In this document: positions 24,163 through 32,189 of the stretch, one piece after another
How positions within the stretch are numbered: the stretch's first letter is position 1
Layout: the number at the start of each line of letters is the position of its first letter
Assembly (NCBI GenBank): GCA_043779225.1
Contig: JAYWEO010000227.1
Span: 1 to 37,512, forward strand
Direction: 5' to 3'
Source of the DNA: Prosthecobacter sp.
GTDB taxonomy: Bacteria; Verrucomicrobiota; Verrucomicrobiia; Chthoniobacterales; Chthoniobacteraceae
DNA: 37,512 nt
Translations under genes and position numbers: made by a program
Notes under the pieces: generated by a model
Seen by the model: the letters and a program-made list of their open reading frames with translations, nothing else
Told to the model about the DNA's origin: nothing
Databases searched by the model: none

Positions 24163-26040
24163 ATGGGACCGACCACTGATGTCACACGCCCCCGCAATCT
24201 CGACTGGAAGCGCGCCGCCGCGCTCCTTTACGGCGACTGGGGAACGTCGAAGGCCTACGTCATCGGCTACGCTTTCCTCGCGATGCAGTTTGCCTCGCTG
24301 CACACGATCATCGCCGTCTCGTTCATCACCGGGCTGGTCGGGCTGAACTATCTCGTCGTCTGCAAGCACTTCCCCGACGGCGGCGGCGTGTACTCGGCCG
24401 CGCGATCCCAGGGCCGGACGCTCGCGGTCATCGGCGCGCTCCTCCTCATCGCGGATCTCACCGTGACTGCGTCGCTCAGCGGCTACGACGCGTTGAAATA
24501 CTTTTTCCCAGAAATGCCTAATGTCTGGGTGCCAGGCCTGACGATGATCGCCGTGATCGCGTTTGGCGTGCTGAACTCCTTCGGCCCGCGCCACAGCGGC
24601 GGCCTCGCGGTGGCGCTCGCCGTGCCGATGGTGCTGCTCGTGATCGTGCTCATCGCGCTGGCGGCGCCTCATTTCACCACCGACCTCGCGCCGTTTCCCG
24701 CAGGGCATACGAAAGCCCACGCGTGGGGTTCGTTTGTGAGTTCCATTCTCGCACTGAGCGGAGTCGAGGCCATCGCGAGCCTCACCGGAGTGCTGAAGCT
24801 CGACCCCGGATCAACCTTGGAAAATCCGCAGGTCGGCCGCGAGGCGCGGCGCGCAATCATCCCCGTGGCCATCGAGGTCGTCGCCGGCACGATCCTCCTC
24901 GGCTGGGCGACCATGTCGCTTTGGAAATGGGGCCACTCGGCATTCTCACCCGAGCAGACGATGCTCCACCGCCTCACCGAGGACAGCTCGCACATCCTGC
25001 GCGTGCTCGGCGAGGAATTCGCCGCGAAGGCATTCGGCCACGGCTGGGGCGTCGCGATGGGAATCATCGTCGGCATCATCGTGGGACTGCTCCTGCTCAG
25101 CGCGGTGAATACCGCCATCGCGGCCCTCATCGGCATGCTTTACACATTGGCGCGCGACGGCGAGATGCCCCGCCCCTTTCTCGCGCTGAACCGCCACGGC
25201 GTGCCGAAGCTCCCGCTCATCGTGGCCACCGTGCTCCCGTGCATCGTCCTGCTCATCACCTACACGGACCCGGATGCCGCGCTCGCCACGCTCGGCGAAC
25301 TCTACGCGATCGGCGTCGTCGGCGCCATCACGGTGAACCTCGGCTCCTGCACCTTTAACCACAAGCTCGCGCTGAAGGTTTGGGAGCGGGCGCTCTTCGG
25401 CATCACGTTTCTCGTGCTGTTCTGCGTCGAGGTCTCCCTCGCGTATGAAAAGCACCTCGCGCTGTTTTTCGTGGTCATCGTCCTCAGCATCGGCTTCTGG
25501 CTGCGCTCGCTCTCGCACAAGGCGAGCGGCCTGGCGACCGTCACCGTCGCCAAGGAAATGGCGGACATGGTCTCCGCTGAGACCATTGAGCGTCTGCGCC
25601 CGAAGCCGCTGACCGAAGGCGGAAAAATCCTCGTGTGCGCCCGCGGCGTCACGCCCGTGCTGAAATTTGCGCTCAACGAGGCGTATCTGCACAAGGCCGT
25701 CCTCTGCGTGCTCTACATGCGTGAGATCGCCGTGCTCCTCGGCGGCCCCCAGACCGGTGACACCCGCCGCGCGCGCTGGCAGGACGACCCGCAGGCAGCC
25801 GCAATCATGACGCTCATGCTCAAGCTCGGCGAGGAAACCGGCGTCTGCGTGCAGCCCATCTACACATCCTCCACCGACCCCGCGAGCACCATCGTGGACA
25901 TCGCCGCGACGCTCGGCGTGGATCTCGTGATGCTCGGCTCCTCGCACCGCGCCGCCATGGCACGCCTGCTCAAAGGCAACGTCATCGAACGCGTCGCGAG
26001 CAGCCTGCCCGAGGACATCGAGCTGGTGATCCACGGCTGA
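24163..26040 (+). CDS. APC-superfamily permease fused to a C-terminal universal-stress-protein (Usp)-like domain
   Basis: About 12 hydrophobic segments, including FPDGGGVYSAARSQG and LARDGEMPRPF. The C-terminal roughly 150 aa (ILVCARGVTP...VDLVMLGSSHR...) look Usp-like. Confidence 0.85.
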   Translation: MGPTTDVTRPRNLDWKRAAALLYGDWGTSKAYVIGYAFLAMQFASLHTIIAVSFITGLVGLNYLVVCKHFPDGGGVYSAARSQGRTLAVIGALLLIADLTVTASLSGYDALKYFFPEMPNVWVPGLTMIAVIAFGVLNSFGPRHSGGLAVALAVPMVLLVIVLIALAAPHFTTDLAPFPAGHTKAHAWGSFVSSILALSGVEAIASLTGVLKLDPGSTLENPQVGREARRAIIPVAIEVVAGTILLGWATMSLWKWGHSAFSPEQTMLHRLTEDSSHILRVLGEEFAAKAFGHGWGVAMGIIVGIIVGLLLLSAVNTAIAALIGMLYTLARDGEMPRPFLALNRHGVPKLPLIVATVLPCIVLLITYTDPDAALATLGELYAIGVVGAITVNLGSCTFNHKLALKVWERALFGITFLVLFCVEVSLAYEKHLALFFVVIVLSIGFWLRSLSHKASGLATVTVAKEMADMVSAETIERLRPKPLTEGGKILVCARGVTPVLKFALNEAYLHKAVLCVLYMREIAVLLGGPQTGDTRRARWQDDPQAAAIMTLMLKLGEETGVCVQPIYTSSTDPASTIVDIAATLGVDLVMLGSSHRAAMARLLKGNVIERVASSLPEDIELVIHG

Positions 26041-26044
26041 TCCT

Positions 26045-26076
26045 CTGTAACCGCGCTTGTGAAAGCGCGGTTACAG
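26045..26076 (+). repeat. perfect 14-bp-stem hairpin (core CCGCGCTTGTGAAAGCGCGG) immediately after the permease stop
   Basis: CTGTAACCGCGCTT-GTGA-AAGCGCGGTTACAG. No U run follows, so it is not a canonical terminator. The core recurs at 29567 and 29627. Confidence 0.6.
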
Positions 26077-26077
26077 C

Positions 26078-26112
26078 AAAAACCCCGAATGCCACGAGGA
26101 CATCCGGGGTTT
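26078..26112 (-). terminator. intrinsic terminator for rplT
   Basis: On the minus strand, AAACCCCGGATG ... CATTCGGGGTTT pairs at 11 of 12 positions and runs into UUUUU. It lies 24 nt downstream of the rplT stop. Confidence 0.6.
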
Positions 26113-26135
26113 GCTAAAAGGTTTGGAGTTTCGGT

Positions 26136-26525
26136 TTACGCAGCCTTCGGCAACGTCACGCCGGGTTTGCTGGCGAGTGCGGCCTTGGCTTTTTCGACCA
26201 GCACCTTGAAAGCGGCTTCGTCCTCATACGCGAGGCCGGAGATCACCTTGCGGTCGAGCGTGATTCCGGCGGCCTTGATGCCTTCCATGAATCGGCTGTA
26301 TGTCAGCCCGTTCGCGCGTGCGGCGGCGTTGATGCGCTGGTTCCAGAGTTTGCCAAACATGCGCTTGCGCGTCTTGCGGTCGCGGAACGCCCAGTACTGG
26401 GCTTTCATCACCGCGTTCTTCGCGTAGCGGAACAGTTTGGATCGGCGGCCTCGGAAGCCTTTCGCGGCATCGAGGGTTTTCTTGCGGCGCTCGCGCGACG
26501 CTGGAGCATTAGTGGCTCTTGGCAT
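26136..26525 (-). CDS. rplT: 50S ribosomal protein L20
   Basis: MPRATNAPASRERRKKTLDAAKGFRGRRSKLFRYAKNAVMKAQYWAFRDRKTRKR is a canonical L20 sequence. Confidence 0.96.
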   Translation of the reverse strand: MPRATNAPASRERRKKTLDAAKGFRGRRSKLFRYAKNAVMKAQYWAFRDRKTRKRMFGKLWNQRINAAARANGLTYSRFMEGIKAAGITLDRKVISGLAYEDEAAFKVLVEKAKAALASKPGVTLPKAA

Positions 26526-26666
26526 GGTCTTGGTTTAGTTGCCCGGCTGGCTGTTTGGGTTGTGGTGAAATGTTCGGGCTGCCTCGCCTGCCGGTGAGTC
26601 CTCCGCGATGGGAAGACAGGCGCCCGAACTGATGTGCTGCGCTCGCCTAAGCGAGCACGCGTCCGC

Positions 26667-26876
26667 TTACGCGAACGGGAGGCACTCTTTGATGCGAGGC
26701 ATCATGGTCTTGTGGACCTCGCCGTCCTTGCCGAGCTTGCGCTTGCGCTTGGAGCTCTTGCTGGAAGCGAGATGGCGAAGACCCGGCTTGCGACGCATGA
26801 TCTTCCCCGTAGCGGTCATTTTGAACCGCTTTGCGGCTGATTTTTTCGTCTTGCGACGTGCGATGGATCTTGGCAT
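26667..26876 (-). CDS. rpmI: 50S ribosomal protein L35
   Basis: 69 aa and highly basic, with KSAAKRFKMTATGKIMRRKPGLRHLASSKSSKRKRKL. It lies upstream of rplT on the same strand. Confidence 0.92.
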   Translation of the reverse strand: MPRSIARRKTKKSAAKRFKMTATGKIMRRKPGLRHLASSKSSKRKRKLGKDGEVHKTMMPRIKECLPFA

Positions 26877-26924
26877 GGGGCGCGGAAAGTAGCGACCGAA
26901 CTCGGATTGGCAACCACTTTCTCA

Positions 26925-27025
26925 GGAGGAGTTGAGAGTGGAAAGTTGAGCGTTGAGAGTTCCCAAAAAAGACAACGCAGCGGCTTCCTCCCCTCAACTC
27001 TCAACCCTCCACTTTCAACTCCTCC
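26925..27025. repeat. long imperfect inverted repeat built of GTTGAG-type words, in the divergent rpmI / pilT-like promoter region
   Basis: GGAGGAGTTGAGAGTGGAAAGTTGAGCGTTGAGAG (26925-26959) matches the reverse complement of 26992-27025 at 29 of 34 positions. The spacer is about 30 nt. Confidence 0.55.
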
Positions 27026-27063
27026 CCAGAGGCACGGAATCTGCAACGCCAGCGGGCCTCATC

Positions 27064-28554
27064 ATGGCTCTCTATCAAACCAACGGAAACTTCGACCCCA
27101 TCACCAAGCCTGCCATCGGCAACATTGCCGCATTGACCCACCGGAATGGACTCCACTCCGAGGCAGCCGAACCCGGTGCTCCAGTCACATCCGCTGAGCC
27201 GGCACCCGTGCGCTCCGCATCCTGCATCGGCGATCTCGTCGCACCCATCTTTGCCGCACCCTTGGTTCCGATCGACGATCTGCTCCGCACGATGCTCGCG
27301 GTCGGCGAGGGCGTGAGCGATCTGTTCTTCATGGTGGGCCGTCCGCCGCAGGTGGAAAATTTCGGCAAGCTCATGCCCGTGGAAGGCACGCGCTATTCGC
27401 CTGCCTTCACCGCACAGGATACCGAAGGCCTCGCCCGCGCACTCGTGGGCAACGGCCAGCGACTGCTGGATGATCTGCGCGACACCGGCTCATGCGACTG
27501 CAGCTACTCGGTGGAAGGCCTGGCGCGCTTCCGTGTGAATGTCTTCAAACAGAAGGGCACCTTCGCCATGGTGCTCCGCAAGCTGAACACGAAGATCCCC
27601 TCGATGGAGGATCTGAAGCTCCCGCCGGTCTTCAAACGCATCATCGCCGAAAAGACCGGCCTCGTCTTCGTCACCGGCGCCACCGGCAGCGGCAAGACGA
27701 CCACGCTCGCCGCGATGCTGAACGGTCTCAACGAAGATTACCCGATGCACATCGTTACGCTCGAAGATCCCGTGGAATTCATGCACCCCCACAAGCAGGC
27801 CACCTTCTGCCAGCGCGAGATGGGCAAGGATTTTTCAAACTTCGCAATGGGCCTGCGCGCCGCATTGCGGCAGGCGCCGAAGGTGATCCTCGTCGGCGAA
27901 ATCCGCGATCGCGAGACGATGGAGATCGCGCTCACCGCCGCGGAGACAGGACACGTCGTATTTTCCACCCTGCACACGATCAGCGCCGCGCAATCCATCA
28001 ACCGCGTGCTCGGCATGTTCAGCAAGGAGGAGGAAAGCCAGGTGCGCGAGCGTCTCGCGGAGACCTTGCGCTGGATCGTGAGCCAGCGCCTCGCTCCGAA
28101 GATCGGCGGCGGTCGCGTGATGATCCCCGAGATCATGGGCAGCAACATGCGCTCCCGCGAGGCCGTCCAGATGGGCGAGAGCGAGGTGCGCAATCTTCAC
28201 GACGTCATCACCCAGTCCGCCAATGAAGGCTGGTGTACCTTTGAGCAAAGCCTCTGCCAGAGCTACGAGGAAAAGACCATCACCGAGGAGACAGCGATGC
28301 TGCTCTCGGTGAACAAGACCAAGATGCGCCAGTCGCTCGACCGTCTGAAGAAAACGATGGGCGACGACGCAGACTCCGCCCATTCCTTCAAGCTCGCGCA
28401 CACCGACGAGCACGAGAAAAAGGAGCCCGCTCACGCACAGAGGGCCGGGACATTCGGGACGCCCGGAGCCACGGCCGGCGCAGCGCCGCAGTTCGCACCG
28501 AGGCCTGCCGCAGCACCTCAGCCCGCAGCGCCGATGGCCCTGAGGATGAAATGA
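27064..28554 (+). CDS. pilT: PilT/PilU-family type IV pilus retraction-type ATPase with N- and C-terminal extensions
   Basis: Start at M38 of the track ORF (ATG 27064). Walker A GATGSGKTTT, Asp box TLEDPVEF, Walker B VILVGEIRD and His box VFSTLHT are present. The PilT AIRNLIRE motif is not recognisable. Confidence 0.85.
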   Translation: MALYQTNGNFDPITKPAIGNIAALTHRNGLHSEAAEPGAPVTSAEPAPVRSASCIGDLVAPIFAAPLVPIDDLLRTMLAVGEGVSDLFFMVGRPPQVENFGKLMPVEGTRYSPAFTAQDTEGLARALVGNGQRLLDDLRDTGSCDCSYSVEGLARFRVNVFKQKGTFAMVLRKLNTKIPSMEDLKLPPVFKRIIAEKTGLVFVTGATGSGKTTTLAAMLNGLNEDYPMHIVTLEDPVEFMHPHKQATFCQREMGKDFSNFAMGLRAALRQAPKVILVGEIRDRETMEIALTAAETGHVVFSTLHTISAAQSINRVLGMFSKEEESQVRERLAETLRWIVSQRLAPKIGGGRVMIPEIMGSNMRSREAVQMGESEVRNLHDVITQSANEGWCTFEQSLCQSYEEKTITEETAMLLSVNKTKMRQSLDRLKKTMGDDADSAHSFKLAHTDEHEKKEPAHAQRAGTFGTPGATAGAAPQFAPRPAAAPQPAAPMALRMK

Positions 28555-28621
28555 AGCCCGATCACAGTCCGCGCGCGCAAAGTCGCTGACACGCACCGCC
28601 GCCCTGTGGCAGAAGCCCTGC

Positions 28622-29566
28622 GTGCTCGCCACTTATCTCCATTCACTCGGCCCGTTCGTCTTCCGCATCGGGGAATTCGGCCCGCGCTGGTACGGCCTTT
28701 CCTACGTCCTCTCCGCGCTCGTCGGATTCTGGCTCTACCGCCGGCTCTCGCAGCGCGGCTACTCCGAGGTGAAGCCGGAGAAAATCGCGGACTTCATCAC
28801 ATGGTGCGGCCTCTTCGGAGTGCTGCTCGGCGGGCGCGTCGGCTGGATTCTTTTCTACGGGTTCAAGGAGCCGCACGAGAACCCGTGGTGGATCTTTGAA
28901 GTGTGGAAAGGCGGCATGTCGGCGCATGGCGGAATCCTCGGCCTGGTGCTCGTGACCTTCGTGCTCTCGCGCCGCTGGAAACTTTCCTGGACCAGCATCG
29001 GCGACACGCTCTGCGTCGTCGCGACGACCGGGCTCTTCCTCGTGCGCTGCGCGAATTTCATCAACGGCGAACTCATCGGCAAACCCGCGGACGTTTCATG
29101 CCCGTGGGCCGTGCAGTTCCCGCGCGAGCTTCTCGACATGGAAATCGGACGCGAAGTGATCGGCCCGAAAGTCTCCGACGCGCTCGGACTGCCCGTCATC
29201 GAGATCGTCGAAAATATCCCGCGCGCCACTGAGACCGATCGCGTACTGCGCGAAAATCTCACGCCGCGGCATCCGTCGCAGCTCTACGAGGCGCTGCTCG
29301 AAGGCGTGCTGATGTTCGCCGTGCTGTGGTTCATGCGCACCCGCTGCCGTGTACCGCGCGGCGTGCTCACGGGATCCTTCTTCATCCTCTACGCGACCAT
29401 GCGGATCATCGGCGAGATGTTCCGCGAGCCCGATCCCGCGTGGTCCTTCGGCCCATTCTCCGCCGGTCAGTTCCTCTCCCTCTTCATGTACGGCATCGGC
29501 GCGGCGTTCATCCTGTGGGGAATGAAGACGCGCCATTTTGAAAAAGCCGATCAGCCCGCCACGTAG
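28622..29566 (+). CDS. lgt: prolipoprotein diacylglyceryl transferase
   Basis: GTG start. Motifs present: GPRWYGLSYV, KGGMSAHGGILG, RCANFINGELIGKP and RHPSQLYEALLEG. Confidence 0.92.
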   Translation: MLATYLHSLGPFVFRIGEFGPRWYGLSYVLSALVGFWLYRRLSQRGYSEVKPEKIADFITWCGLFGVLLGGRVGWILFYGFKEPHENPWWIFEVWKGGMSAHGGILGLVLVTFVLSRRWKLSWTSIGDTLCVVATTGLFLVRCANFINGELIGKPADVSCPWAVQFPRELLDMEIGREVIGPKVSDALGLPVIEIVENIPRATETDRVLRENLTPRHPSQLYEALLEGVLMFAVLWFMRTRCRVPRGVLTGSFFILYATMRIIGEMFREPDPAWSFGPFSAGQFLSLFMYGIGAAFILWGMKTRHFEKADQPAT

Positions 29567-29646
29567 CTGCGCTTGTCAAAGCGCAGGCTGATTCCCCCCC
29601 GCGCGCGCAAAAATGGATCGATCGGCCCGCGCTTTCACAAGCGCGG
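29567..29646. repeat. two further copies of the GCGCTT-loop-AAGCGC hairpin family
   Basis: CTGCGCTTGTCAAAGCGCAG lies at 29567-29586, directly after the lgt stop. CCGCGCTTTCACAAGCGCGG lies at 29627-29646 and is the exact reverse complement of the 26051-26070 core. Confidence 0.55.
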
Positions 29647-29692
29647 CTGCGTGCGATTGACGCATGCCCCGCGCAGTGGCACTTCAACCGCC

Positions 29693-30178
29693 ATGAAAAT
29701 CATCCCTCTCGCACTCGCGCTCACCTTCGTCGCGATGGCGTCGGCCGAGGACGATGGAAAGCTGACGATCGAAATCCCATCGCCCGTGCAGGCGACGATC
29801 GCCCGCGAAAAGGGCGACGCCAGCAAGGTGCGTGATTTCCGGAAGGTGAACGAATCCGACGGCACGACCTACATCATCGTCATCGTCGTGAATGAGAAAG
29901 CGTGGGAGCTTTCCCTCGACGCTGCAGGCCGCGTGATGCGCAAGCACCGCGATACCGGCGACGGCGGCCCGCGCATGATGCGGGTCGAGGCACTGCCCGC
30001 GAATGTGCGCGAGACGATGCAGCGCGAAGCCGGGGCCGGGGTAATCGGCGAGATCGAATTCGTCGAGCAGAAGACGCGCTACATCGGCGAGGCCAAGGCC
30101 GGGAAACGAAAGTATCGCATCGAGGTGGACGCCGATGGCGTGCTGCTGAACAAGAAATACGTCGGCGACGAAGACTGA
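29693..30178 (+). CDS. secreted protein with two PepSY-like repeats
   Basis: Start at M41 of the track ORF (MKIIPLALALTFVAMASAED). Two similar modules are present (IPSPVQATIAREKG...WELSLDAAGRVM and LPANVRETMQREAG...YRIEVDADGVLL). Confidence 0.62.
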   Translation: MKIIPLALALTFVAMASAEDDGKLTIEIPSPVQATIAREKGDASKVRDFRKVNESDGTTYIIVIVVNEKAWELSLDAAGRVMRKHRDTGDGGPRMMRVEALPANVRETMQREAGAGVIGEIEFVEQKTRYIGEAKAGKRKYRIEVDADGVLLNKKYVGDED

Positions 30179-30235
30179 GCCGGCGGCGAAGACGGAGCTA
30201 AAAGCGCGCATTCACGAACGGCACGGAGGTTTCCC

Positions 30236-30832
30236 TTGGCCATCGCAGCAGACTTCCAATCCGTCACGCCGTCGCTCTTCACATGGCAGGCGTACGAGCC
30301 ATCGGTGAAATGCGATCTGTCCTCGTGTGCCATCGCGACCGATGCGGGGCTCATCTTCATGGATCCGATCGAACTCTCGGAGCCTGCCTTCGCGATGCTG
30401 CTCCTCGGACGCAAGCCCGCCGCGATCATTCTCACGAATGGCAATCACACGCGCGCCGCGGAAAAGTTTCGCACACTTCTGCGCGTGAAAATATTCGCCG
30501 CCCGCGATGCCGTCGGGCTCGACATCATCCCCGATGCCACTCTCGCCGACGGACAGGATGCTCCGGGAGGAATGAAGGTGATCGCCCTGCCCGGCGCAGG
30601 GCCGGGCGAAATCGCGCTCGTCGGCCACGGCATCGCATGCATCGGCGACGCGCTGATCCATCTCCCGCCCGAGGGACTCCGCCTTTTGCCGGACAAATAC
30701 TGCGCGGACGCCGCGCAAAACCGAGAGTCGCTGAGAAAACTGTTGTCATGTGATTTCCAAGTCATGACCTTCGCGCACGGCGCTCCTGTTGTTGAAGCCG
30801 CGCGCACGAAACTCGAATCCCTACTCACATGA
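30236..30832 (+). CDS. MBL-fold hydrolase-like protein (degenerate metal motif)
   Basis: TTG start with GGAGG 6 nt upstream. LIFMDPIE...AIILTNGNHTRAAE replaces the HxHxDH motif, and the sequence ends MTFAHGAPV. Confidence 0.7.
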   Translation: MAIAADFQSVTPSLFTWQAYEPSVKCDLSSCAIATDAGLIFMDPIELSEPAFAMLLLGRKPAAIILTNGNHTRAAEKFRTLLRVKIFAARDAVGLDIIPDATLADGQDAPGGMKVIALPGAGPGEIALVGHGIACIGDALIHLPPEGLRLLPDKYCADAAQNRESLRKLLSCDFQVMTFAHGAPVVEAARTKLESLLT

Positions 30833-31338
30833 AAATAGCCCAGACCCTCCTCGCCACCAGTTTGCTCTGCACGACGGCCCTTGCCCAGGTCGCGACCCCT
30901 GCGGTCGTCGCAAAACCCAGCGCCGCCGCTGAGATCGAGCCGGCTCCGACCGACGCGGATGGTCCTGAAAAAATCATCGCGCGTTTCTTTTCCTACCTTC
31001 AGCGCAAGGAGGTGGACCAGGCCTACGACCAGCTCACGCGCGGCACGAAGATCGCCGAGCGTGCCGAGGACGTGAAGACGCTGAAGACGAAGACCAAGGA
31101 GGCGGTCAACGTGTTCGGCCCGATCCTCGGCTTCGACTCCGTGGTGAAAAAGAACGTCGGCACACGTCTGGTGAGCTACACGATGCTCTCGCTTGGCAAG
31201 GAATTCCCACTGCGCTGGCGCTTCTATTTTTACAAGCCCGTGGACACGTGGAAGCTGATCGATCTGCGCGTGGACGACCGGCTCGCGGCGATGTTCGACG
31301 AGACGGACGACGGACGCACCCGCGAAGAGCGCCCGTAG
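30829..31338 (+). CDS. secreted hypothetical protein
   Basis: The ATG overlaps the upstream stop (ATGA, 30829-30832). The signal peptide is MKIAQTLLATSLLCTTALAQ. The stop TAG directly abuts the next ATG. Confidence 0.65.
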   Translation: MKIAQTLLATSLLCTTALAQVATPAVVAKPSAAAEIEPAPTDADGPEKIIARFFSYLQRKEVDQAYDQLTRGTKIAERAEDVKTLKTKTKEAVNVFGPILGFDSVVKKNVGTRLVSYTMLSLGKEFPLRWRFYFYKPVDTWKLIDLRVDDRLAAMFDETDDGRTREERP

Positions 31339-32181
31339 ATGCTCGCCGACGCGCTGCGGTTCATCCGCTTCTCGCACACGATTTTTGCCATGCCGTTTGC
31401 ACTGGGCTCGATGGCCGTGGCCGCGGGCGGATTTCCCGGCTGGAAAATATGCGGCCTCATCCTGCTCGCGATGATCCTCGCGCGCACCGCAGCGATGGTC
31501 TTCAACCGGCTCGCGGATTGGGAAATCGACAAGCGCAACCCGCGCACCGAGGCGCGGCACCGATTGGTTTCGCGACCCGCGGCCATCGCACTGCTCGCGC
31601 TGAGCACCGCCGGGTTCGTGCTCACGACCTGGTTCATCAATCCGCTCTGCTTCTGGCTCTCGCCTGTCGCGATGGCCATCGTGTTCTTTTATTCGCTCAC
31701 CAAGCGGTTCACCCACGGCAGTCATTTTTTCCTCGGCCTCGCACTCTCTGTGGCACCTGTAGGCGCATGGCTTGCAGTGCGCGGGCATTTTGAATTTCCG
31801 CCGCTCGCGCTCGCACTCGCGGTGCTGCTCTGGGTCGCAGGGTTCGACATCATCTACGCCACGCAGGATCAGGAGTTCGACCGCGGCGAGGGACTGCATT
31901 CCCTCGTGGTGAAGCTCGGCGTCCCGCGCAGTCTCGCCGTCGCGGGCGCACTGCACTGGCTCATGCTGGCTGCGCTCATCGCATTCGGATGGCTGGCCGC
32001 GCTTGGCCGCGTGTACTTCGGCAGTCTCGCATTGGTCGCCGCTGCACTCATCTTCGAGCAACGCAGTGCGCGCACATTGGACGTTCGCCGGATCAACCGC
32101 GCATTCTTCCAGAGCAATGCGTTCGTCAGCCTGGTTTTTGTGGCCGCAGTTTTCCTCGACGTCGCAATGCGCGCCCGCTGA
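31339..32181 (+). CDS. UbiA-family aromatic polyprenyltransferase (MqnP / 4-hydroxybenzoate polyprenyltransferase-like)
   Basis: HTIFAMPFALGS, the first Asp-rich motif NRLADWEIDKRNPRT and the second YATQDQEFD. There are about 8 TM segments. Confidence 0.87.
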   Translation: MLADALRFIRFSHTIFAMPFALGSMAVAAGGFPGWKICGLILLAMILARTAAMVFNRLADWEIDKRNPRTEARHRLVSRPAAIALLALSTAGFVLTTWFINPLCFWLSPVAMAIVFFYSLTKRFTHGSHFFLGLALSVAPVGAWLAVRGHFEFPPLALALAVLLWVAGFDIIYATQDQEFDRGEGLHSLVVKLGVPRSLAVAGALHWLMLAALIAFGWLAALGRVYFGSLALVAAALIFEQRSARTLDVRRINRAFFQSNAFVSLVFVAAVFLDVAMRAR

Positions 32182-32189
32182 GTGAACGC

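Noticed and set aside
26045-26076. Canonical intrinsic terminator for the permease gene
   Set aside because: The 14-bp stem is perfect but no U run follows on the + strand. It is better explained as a member of the small GCGCTT...AAGCGC hairpin family. The adjacent hairpin at 26078-26112 has the U run on the minus strand and is assigned to rplT.
30445-32061. 538-aa ORF on the - strand
   Set aside because: It is antisense to the MBL-like / secreted / UbiA operon, with Arg/Glu/His-rich shadow composition.
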